Assembly (NCBI GenBank): GCA_003971905.1
Contig: RSEE01000007.1
Location: forward strand, 620,001-684,000
DNA length: 64,000 nt
DNA from: Moniliella sp. 'wahieum'
Taxonomy: Eukaryota
Direction of reading: 5' to 3'
Below the pieces are notes generated by a model. The model saw nothing but the letters and a program-made list of their open reading frames with translations, did not search any database and had not been told where the DNA came from. The stretch's first letter is position 1. Each line of letters begins with the position of its first letter. Shown here one piece after another: positions 44,600 to 54,957 of this stretch. Made by a program: the position numbers and the translations under genes.

Positions 44600-47560
44600 A
44601 TCACTGAGCTACTTATATAATCCTAGACAAACTGACGAGGAACGACGGGACCAATGGGCAGGGGTTGCATAGTAAGGCAATCGCTGAAATCGAACGTATT
44701 TCACCACTCCATGGTGCCTCTAGTTGTCGGGGCGAAGCCGTGGCGGCAGCGGCCCAAGCAATGGCCTACCACCAGAATGTGGCATCTCATGTGGCTGGTG
44801 AAGAGACCGATAACTGGTGTTGCCGCCACCAATCGAGCTGTTTCTTCCATATTTTCTCCGTCCATCAGCACCGCCCTCACCTCCACTCATTCCAGGCGCG
44901 CCCGGCATGGTCCTAGGACCTGAACTCAGTGCGCAGCCCATATATGCCTCGATTGTGCTTCCTGGCTGGATCGATGTATTAACGACTTTTCATCAGATCA
45001 CCTGCGACGGCCTGCCGCTGGACAAGACGGTTAACATTTCCGGGTATACAATGTCCGTTATAATATGGGGGCTTCATCCCAGCGATGGGGGCGCACACCG
45101 ACAATGACATGCCCCTCGAATGGGCTGGCATATCTTCTTCCAGAGGCGACTTCGAAGCCGAGCACCTGGCCCGCGAGTACATCCCCAATAATAGACGTGT
45201 GGTCTGTATCTTGGATCGTCTTCTGGCCCCCACAATTTGCCTTCCCCAATTATCATAGCTCAGCGTAACTGTGTCCCCATATGTCTTCGGCTCCAGCTTC
45301 TCAGCATGCCGCCCACGATGCATCAGCCATCGCGCAGCCCAGGATGGGCCCACGTATACCATCAACAAGCCCTCTTCAGTCTGATACTCACTCTTCTGGC
45401 CATGCAGCTTGCCTGGCCGCCCTCACCTCGGTCAACCTCTGATGTACCAAGAGGTGGTCAAGCACAATATGGTGGAAGTATGTAATGGTATATCTTCCTA
45501 TTAAGTATTCGTTGAACGATAACTTTTTTCCCAATTCTGCATATGGAAGTCTTTTTGTCTCTGGCAAAAAGCTACTAAGCTTGACCGTTATCGCTATACC
45601 GAATTGCCCCCTGTGTCGGTGGCAATGAACCAGTTGCATGTTCAGAAAAGAGTCTTTGGTTGGCATGCATGACCTTACATCGATCCACACCCTCTCTGGG
45701 GTGGAAACTGTGGCCTCAACCATCTACCTCCTCTTCCTGGGTCTGTTGATGGAACTGTTACGGGTCACTGTGGGCTGGCTCGCCCACACAACCCATCTCC
45801 TCCGTTGCCCGGAGCATGCTTCCTTCGACCTGTGCGACCAAAATCGAGTCCCTTCCGTACGGTTGGGGAGATCTGTGCGTGAGCTTGGAGTCCTTATACT
45901 CATCTTATTCAACTTCAAATATTTGTGGTCTTTGGTTGAGCGCAAGTGAGCTCTAAGGTGAGCTGCCGGATCTGGACGTCGACAGTCATCAGTCCTGACC
46001 CGCGGGCGTCTCTTCGTCGTTGTGAGATTCTACCCTCTTCATGCCTTTTGCGTTTTGGTGTGAGGGCGGAGACCTGCCCATTACTTTCCGCATTATTCCT
46101 TGTTTTGCTATTTCTGTTCTCAACTGAGTGCTGGAACCTTTTGCTCCTTTTGAGAGTCATTCGCCTTTATCCCTTCCTCTTTCTATGTTGCATCCATATC
46201 ATTGATGACGGAGCTTAAGGCTGGGACGGGGGGAAAGCTACGTCTAAACCGAGAACCGTTCTTCTTGCGGGAGTTACTTGGAAGCGCCCCAAGCTTAAGG
46301 ACTCGCCCCCCGATTCCGTACCCTAGGAAGCGCGTGTGGACACGGATGAACGTGGTTGGCAAGGAACCATTTCTGTAAGATGTTGATTCCGTCAAAAAAA
46401 TTCCCGTCGGTATGTGTACCCTTTTGTTCTACGTTATTTTCTGCTAGCGGTGGGCTATTTTGTATAGCAACATATCTCCTTGCAAATCCATTCTTGAGAC
46501 CCACTAGGCAACGCCCGTGCTACTCCCTAGTAGTTCACCGGCAGTCCCACCGATCTGCTTTAGCAACCACATCTTGGCTTTTCCGAATTCTTTCGTCCAG
46601 GGTTTCCTTTGCCGTCGATCTCCATCCAGCTTTCAATCTCCTCTCTGTGCGGATGCCGCGCGCTATCCTACAAGAATTGAGTGGCTCTGTGACAGACTTG
46701 TCCGACCTTTTTTGGCTACGTCAACCTTCCGCAACCTTTCAAGGTCTGCATCTAAGGCACGGTGGTCCGACTCGTTCCAGAAGGTGCATATACAGCCTTG
46801 CCACGCGAGCCGATGCCCAATATTTGAAAGGCCTCACCTCGTTCTTGCCGCTCGGATCCGCCAATAATAGCGTTCACGTTTTTGGTAACCGTGAGTGGAC
46901 CCTCCTCCTTGATGGGAAAGAACCCATAAACCGTGGGCTGGGCTCTAGTTCTGGGCCGATGGATATCCATATTTTTCAAGCCCTATCGTGTCCAACTTGC
47001 CGGCTAACGTGATGGAGATAACCAGGCGCCAAAACTTGAACTATCTCTCACGTATTAGCCATCCTGATCTGTGTATTCACGTGTACTGCCCCCCTGCCGT
47101 TCAGAAACGGAGCCTCTCTTTCACCGTCTTTCTCCACCAACTTCAATATGCAGCCTGTTGTCGGCTTCTTTGCCTGCGCTGAGGCTCGACAACCACATTC
47201 CGCAAAAAAAAGACAGAAGGAGCTTACCTCTCGTCCGTATTATCGAGCGCTTCTGTCTGCTCTGTTGGCGTTGACCAAGTTGACGGGTGCGGGGAACCCA
47301 GTCAGTGAAAAGCACCCTACTATTACATTCCCAGCATCCCACGCACTGTCCGTTTGGAGCCACTGTCCTTTCTTTGGGCACTCCGTTTTTTCCTGTGCTT
47401 TGTGGGGTCTCGTGAATATGAGCGAACTTGACGTTCTGATATCCAAGCATAAAACACTTCGGAGGAGACCAAACTTGCCCTTACCGTGGAGGGGCCCGCG
47501 TTGCTCCAGAGGGGCGCAACCTCTGAGTGTCAACATGCCACCCACGCCTTGCTGAAGCTT
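44600..47560 (-). other. Lower-GC region of broken ORF fragments; possible degenerate gene or element
   Basis: Abutting minus-strand ORFs (e.g. 45945-45724 and 45723-45388 in one frame, split by a stop) and one homeodomain-like peptide. No confident identity. Confidence 0.25.
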
Positions 47561-47854
47561 CACTGATGAGCTTGATGCATGATGAATGGTGGCGGATATA
47601 TATGGGTATAACTAGAATCCAGCTGTGGTATAGGGAGACAAGTGGGCATGCTGGCAGTGGGTGCAACATGCACATCAATCAACACATATGGGTGGTGGCA
47701 ACCGGTGCTGCACCAATGCTGGAGACGCACTTCAACGTCTAACAACTGTACGCGCCACCCAGAAGAACAGAAAGGTGCAGCGCATGCCCTGCAGTCGAGT
47801 CGGACCGATCGGACTGTGGCGTTGGGCCGATGTGGCAGCTGTGGCAGGCGAATG

Positions 47855-50800
47855 TGATGCATGATTGCATCAGTACTCACTAGTCACTAGTCACTTAGGG
47901 GAAGCATGGCTGTGAGAGCTGCTACCCCGCCGTAGCCGCAGTCTCTCGCCAAAGCTGCTGCGCATCGCCAGCTATCGTCTTCTATTCCGACTGCTTCCAG
48001 AGTGGTACAGTGTCAATTGCATGCCAATATTCAATCGATTTTGACTCTTTTTGTGCATATACCATTGCTTAAGGCGCTTATAAGGCCTAATTACTAACTG
48101 CTGCTATTATTATGGTCTGCGCCTGCTTATACAACCCGTGTGCGTCAGGGGCCTATAGCTAGTAATAGCTGTTGCTCGAGCGATAGGAAATGGTGTGTTG
48201 GGGGGAGCAATTGATGGTGTGGCTTGGGCTTTTCTGTGCCTGACTTTCTGAGGCCGGGGGGAGATCGGACAAAAAGGAAGACAGATTGTGTCACACGCGC
48301 CACTGGACAAGAAGAGTGCTCTCGTTGGGCCAATTGTGTGGCGTAGTAGAAAAGTCTGATGGGCTCTGGACCAATGGTGGCCAGCTTAATGTTGTTTGAG
48401 CTGTGTATCGCAGGCCGTGGCCCGCCGTGGCCGGGGGGCGCACGTCCCAGTTTTAGATATACTTTCTGAAGCGTTCCTACAGTTCATGCATTTTTGGTCC
48501 ATTAGTAACCATAATGCCGCCAAAAGCTCACAGTGAACTGAGAGATCGATTTGAGAGTTGCCGCCAGGGAGGGCCAAGAAAGTTTGGCAACGCGTGATCT
48601 AGCCCGAAACGAACCCGGTGGGGGGGCAGCCAGGGCAAGGCGGTGTATAGGATAGAAATAGCGCAGTCTTTACTGCCTCTCCGCCAGTCATTTACCGCCT
48701 AAGGGTATGGTCCTGCGGCGCTTAATCGTCCCAGACAAGAGGCGTCCGTTCCCTGGTACATACATAGTCATCGATGCGATCATATATATTGAGTGCTGAT
48801 GCGCTGATGCACTGATGCACTGATGCATGATACTGAGAGTACGAGTTCCTGATTACATTGAGAACTGTACTCAGTTGAGTACTCAGGTACTCAGTACTCA
48901 AATCTCAGACTGAGTACCGAAGGCTTGACGCTAGCTTGAGATCTTGAGAAGAAGCTTGAAGCTCTTGAAGCTAGCTAGCTTGAAGCTCTTCGAGGGGTTG
49001 AACGTGAACAACGTTGAACGTTGAGACGTTGGAGGAACGATGCATGATGCATGATGCATGATACTCGTGTAATGCATGATGCGTGATGTATGCATGATGC
49101 CGCATGCCAGCACATGTCAGTGTCAGCGCAATCCCGCATGTACCTGAATCACACGCGCCGCACAGGGATACTAGTCACTAATCGAGCGCTCAGCCATCAC
49201 GCGTCACGCCGCCGCTGTCTTCTACCTAACTTTTCTCCCCATATTCTGTCTTTTAGTACGGGCCTCCTCTGAGGATGCCCGAGGCCTGAGGCTGAGGCTC
49301 TTCGGCCTCAGGCCGGCCTCAGACTCTGAGGCATGATGGACTTGATGGGCTTGATGTAATCCCCCCTAAATTTGGACCGTCGTCATCGAGCGTCATCGCG
49401 TCATCGACGTCATCTCTCTTTTTTAGTAGCTTGAGAAATCAACGAAGCTTTTGAAGCTTGAAGCTCAAACTACGCGTTTGGCGCTTGTAATGAAGCTTTA
49501 TGTGCGTGATGAAGCAGATCGTTGATGGCATGATGTCCAACTGGCGAGCCCTGACGTTGCGAGGTCAGAGCTGAGAGGAGAGGTCCTCGGGCCTTGGGCG
49601 TTATCTGTGGGCTCAGAGTGTGGCAAAGTTCCGTGCAACGCTGGAGTCCACTACATTTGTCGTGTGTTGTTATATCAATATCGCCGGTCGCGGTCGCCGG
49701 TCGCGTGTTGCGAAAGCTGTTGTGTGGTGTCGGGTTTTTGTCGGTTACGCGTTCCCTTACCACATGCCAGTGACATTTATACCGGCTAAGTGGACGACGT
49801 GGGATTTGCTCTCTATTACCACCATCGAAGTTAGGTCTTACTGCGGCGAGCGCGCATCCGGTCCTATACTTGTGGTATTCTGTGACATCACAGGTATCAT
49901 CGGTACCACACGCGCCCAGCCACGCATTATCAGCGATTGTGGTTTTCACTATTCTTCATTTCGCTCTATTTGCCATGCCGAAGAGAAGCAATCGGTTGTT
50001 GGGGCTGTGTGGGTCACATTGGAGGAGATTTACTAGTAACTCTGGGAGCGCGGGGGGCCTACTCGTTCACAGGTGCATTCTCCTTCCTAAAAATATATTA
50101 TTGTGGAGGACTGGCCTTAGGCCTTAGGCCTTTTCACTCTTTCGCCCGACCTTTAGTTTCCGAGGCCTACTCATATATAACTACTGAAGGCTGTTCGAAC
50201 CCCTACATTTTCCAAGTAAGAAATGAGGCCTGACGCCTGAAGGGCAGGAGGATCTGAGGCACAAGGCACAGGTCTGAGGGCGAGAGGCCTATAATAGACC
50301 TCCACCCATTATTCTAAAAAGTTCAACCACGAGAATATCGACCTGGCATTTGTTGCATCGTAACCAACTGTGGATGCCATCAGATGGCCTCTAAAAGAGC
50401 TAGGGAGCTGTTCACGAACACGGAGAGTGAACGAAGTATCCAGTGGTGGAAGCGGTATCGGTTGTGGAGAGAGAAGACAGGAGGAGACGCGAACATAGGA
50501 GCACAAAAGGAAAGCGCAGGTGCGCCGCCAAAAACACTGAGACCTACTGCCAGCGTCGCATAGAGCCTGCCTAGGTCAAGCTAAGCGCTGACATCAACAC
50601 ATCACCACAGACTATATTGCTTTGCTTCTCTTGAGGGTTTTCATGAATCCTTTTGGGGTCCTCTGGTCCGCCGCATCACATATGAGTCACATCGTGATAT
50701 CGGTGTGTCAACGTTCAGTACGTTCAAAACGTTCAACGTTCAACTCGCCTTTTCTCTTCAAGCTTCAAGAGCTTCAAGCGAGCTTCAGGCAAGCTTCAAG

Positions 50801-53800
50801 CTTCAAGAGCTTCAAGCTTCATAAATCATCGATCAAGTCGATCAAGCCTCAAGCTCTCAAGCTCTCAAGCTTCAAGCTTCAAGAGCTTCAAGGCGCACCC
50901 TCTGAGGACGAGTACTGAAGTTCGAACCTTCGGCTTGAAGAGCTTAAAGCTTGAAGCTTGCAGAGCGTGAAGAGCTTGATCGTTAGCTTGAACCTTACCG
51001 AGCGTCGCTTCTCCGTCTGTCGCTTCCGTCCAAGTGGCTGACTGTTTTGCAAGGAAGGGCTTCCACGTGCGCCCCCTCCTCTGTTCGAGCCATTGGGGCT
51101 AAGCCTTAGCGCCCTTAGCGCTATGCTAAGGACAGGGACAGTGCGGGGCTTGATGCGTGGGGCTGGTGGGGCGTGGGAGGGCGTGGCCTAGCGTGGAATT
51201 GGCGGCGAATTGGCGTGGCGCGTTGGAGCAGCAGGTTGGAACTGTTGGAGCCGGTACATGGTGACCGGTGACCGGTGACCGGTGAAGCTTGGCTGAGGCG
51301 CTGAGGTTACCGGTTACGCGTTACGCGTTACGCGTTACGGGTGATTCGATTAATGATCTTTGACGTGTGACATGTGACATGTGACAATAGTGACACGTGG
51401 CGTGACGCCATGCGTCATGCATGCCACCGGTGACCGAGAACCCAGAACCGGGAACCGGGAACCGAGGACCGAGGACCGAACGGCAGGGGTCTGCGGCGCG
51501 CATTCCACAGTTCCGGCACACCCTTCTCTTTGCACGCACGTACACGAGAAGAGACACATTAGTACTTTTACGTACCGGCTGTACCCGTGATTCTTGCACC
51601 GGCGACCGGTGACAGATCACCCACATCTGTTGCCGGCATCATGCATCACACATACATCCAGTCTCAGATCTGATTTCCCACGTGTCACGCTCACGCCCCT
51701 ATCACCTAGTGTCACATGTCACATGTCACATGTCACCTGTCCCGTGTCCCATGTCACAGTCACATGTCACATGCAATACACACCAGTACCCAGTACTGAA
51801 CTCAGTTGAGTTACTCAGACTGAGTGTACTAAGCGTTGAGTGTTGAGTTAACACTCAGTTACTCAGTACGCGAAGGGCTCTGCACTTGGTACACTTCTGC
51901 TTGGCATGACGCTTCACCATCAACATGCAATCGGCATGTGCATGATAGTTGCCTCTGCGTCTAGAAAAGACAGTCATTTGCTTTTGGGCGGGGCAGGCCG
52001 ATGCCTAAAAGTTGTGGCAAAGACCAACATGTGCATGTTGTGATTCCGGGCGCGATCATCGATCCATGGAAGACTGGCTGAAGACGATGAACAGAACGAC
52101 AAGAGAGGATGATATGCGGAGTATCCCAACAGAGAAGAGGCAAGATATAAAGGAGGAATTATAGCCGTTTGTAAGGAGATGCATGATCCACTTGAAGAAC
52201 GTAATGCTATTGACATGATGTCTGTGTAGTTGCAATGACGCGCCAACCCAGCGAGAACCTCTGTAAGCTGTGGCCCTGTAACATGTAATGCATGGAACCT
52301 GTATATATATCCCCTTTTTCAAGCTTCAAGCTTCTCGGTGTCCAAAGTATACTGTACTCATCCCTACTCTCAGTACTCCGTACTCAGTTTGAGGATCTGA
52401 GTACTCAACAGATGCAACGTTCAAACCCCTTCCAGATCTTATTCTCAGCTGGTTATCTTGTTGGTGATACCTGATGGTGGCAACACACACACTTCAGAGC
52501 AAAGCAATTTAAAGCGCGTCTCTCCACCAACGTGTCTCGTCTCGATTTCCTTGCTCATCGGGTATATCTCGCCAGTAGCCATCATGCATCACGAGTCACT
52601 AGCTTCTTTTAACCTTCGTTCTATATCCAGCGGCCCGCCTTCCTTCTTCCCGTCCGGCCTTGCAATGGAGCGCGCCTGCATGAGAGCCTATTAGGCATGG
52701 TACATACGACAATTTTTGGCCACGGATCTTCGCCGAGACAAACTGTGGTGTCCTCTCCCTGAAATCCCATTCCGGCGTCCGGCCTCATATTCAATGCACG
52801 CTAAGAATAGAGTCTGTGGTTCCGTAGGCGTGCAAGGCCACACCTTTGTATAATCAGCCCCAGCTGCCCCAGCATGTTCAGCCAGGCTCAGCCTGCCTAT
52901 GCAATAAGCGCCCACACCGCTCACATGTCACAAGCATCACATCCCAACTACCCCACAGCCACAAAGATACGTGCAACATGTGAGACTAGTGACTAGTGAC
53001 TAGCTAGTGACTAGGACTCCGCTCCGCGGGCCTATTAGATCTTAGAAGAGACTTTATCGAATGCACCCCCAGAGAAAGGGACCCACCAGAGCCACACTAG
53101 AGCCACCCTGGGCCCTACTATCACCACTGGCCGTTCCTGTTCCCAGTACGCAGTACACTCAGGCCTTAGGCTACTCACGCGTCACGTACTCAGTACTGAG
53201 ACTCAGTACGCACCGTTATTGAACGATGATCGATGATCGATGAAGCTAGCGATCGATGAAGTTCACTAGAGTGAAGCTTGAAGTCACTAGCTAGTCACTA
53301 GTCACTAGTCACTAGTCACTGGTCACGGTCATCGATCATCGATCATCGAACACTGGTACACATCTGTAGGTGACCGGTGACTCCTGCGACGAGCGACAAT
53401 CGATCTAATCCATGGATGGAATGCAATCCGAAGTAGCACATCCTGTACCGTGTGTGAAATGTGGCGCGTCACAGCCTGACGGGCCTGACGAGTGCCGAAC
53501 AGGGCCGTGTCTTCCCTTCTCACATTCAGAATCTTCATACCTGTCGTTCCAAGGGGGGGGAAAGGGGCTACTAGGATGGCTGCAGTCTCTATCTGCTCTC
53601 AGGCATCAGGGAGGCCTCGGGCGCTCAAGCCGGTCAGGCCTCGGGCTCTGTCCTGCCATTTTGCCTTTATAGACTCTTCCCCCCGTCGTTCGCGTTCACG
53701 GATCACGCCCATGATGGCATGTCACATGTCACATGTCACGAGGATATCAAGTGATTGGGACTTCAAGTGTCCGGCCGCACCTCGGTCCAGAAATCCCCCA

Positions 53801-54460
53801 AAACACACTCCCGAAGAGCTGGGCAGGCAAGTGTCGTGACCAAGAGTTAATTCGTTCAGCATTGAATATTGAATATTGAGATCTGAGATTGATCGATCGT
53901 CTTGGTGGCTGCTGGCGGAGGTTGGGGCGGGGGCCTGTAAGACTCTGGGTGTTCACATGTCACACAGTGGGACTGAGTAACTGAGTACTGAGTCTTTGTA
54001 CTGTGACGCCAGAGGCGCCTGATGCTCTTAGGCCCACCAAACAGTGGCGGTGCGGCCAGCAGCGCTTGCATAATGCTCTGTAAACACGTAACGAGAGTGT
54101 GGCGCCCGCCTTGTCTCTCCTTTGAGGCTGAGCGCGCTGTGAGCGCTGTGAGCGTTGGACACCGCTAGAGTGCACCGAGCCCAGAGAGGCACCCTCGGTC
54201 CTCAGTCTGAGAATACTGAGCCCTGGCCTGGGGAGTACGCCGTAACAGCATCCCATCCCATACTCCGCCTCTTCGATCGCCACTTCTCAGATCTCAGGGT
54301 CTGTGTCGGTTGGTGTGGGCCATGCTGGGCCATGCTAGGCCACGCGTCGCACATGCATCGGCCGCCTATTGTCACCATGCCACATGTCATGCCACCGTTC
54401 AAGACAGGCACTTCCCCAGCCCAAGAGCATGGGCGCCTTGCCCATGTCACCGGTCACCAC
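47855..54460. repeat. Gene-free region densely packed with palindromic heptamer arrays and long-range inverted repeats
   Basis: Dozens of (ANNNNT palindrome + 1 nt) arrays, with main blocks at 47857-47895, 48790-49100, 50708-50992, 51264-51400, 51678-51870, 52320-52420, 52984-53380 and 53718-53982. Confidence 0.9.
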
Positions 54461-54957
54461 ACGCCCCGCCCAGCGCAGCGCTGGCTATATGCCGCTCGGC
54501 TGGTTCGCTGCCCTAGACCGCACAGTCCGTGCTTCCCCACAGCCTCCACCCTCCCATCGACGCTGGCGCCCGCTTCCCTCTGTCCGTCCTCGGTGGCCAG
54601 CTTCTCCGCCGTCTCTCCCTTAGAGTGTAAACACTCGAGGCCAAGTCGGGCCCGGAAGAGCAACCAGGCCTCATTGGGAGCAGGGTCCAACCGCCAACCA
54701 ACATTGAGAGTCTCTCGCCGTCGGAGTTTTCAAAGGGCCTACGCGCTCGTGGTTTGCGAAGCCGCCGCCAAGTTTTCCGCCCTCTGCTCTCTTGGACACC
54801 GATTTGGGGCACTTTCTTTGTTTCCGGCCTCTTCCGCGCCAGTTGAGCACGTCAACCAACTGGTGAGGCCGCCCGCTTCTTCACCTCGCCCATCTCCTCC
54901 TCCTTCTCGTTCTCCTCAGTCGCCTCGCACGTAACGCGGCCATCCACCAACGCCTCC

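Noticed and set aside
48790..53380. CRISPR array
   Set aside because: No constant 23-47 bp repeat with unique spacers, no cas genes, and the context is eukaryotic.
47855..54460. Synthetic polylinker or vector contamination (units equal SpeI, HindIII, AgeI, MluI, ClaI, ScaI, BglII sites, etc.)
   Set aside because: Arrays are degenerate, spread through many native intergenic regions and limited to A..T palindromes; no vector features are present.
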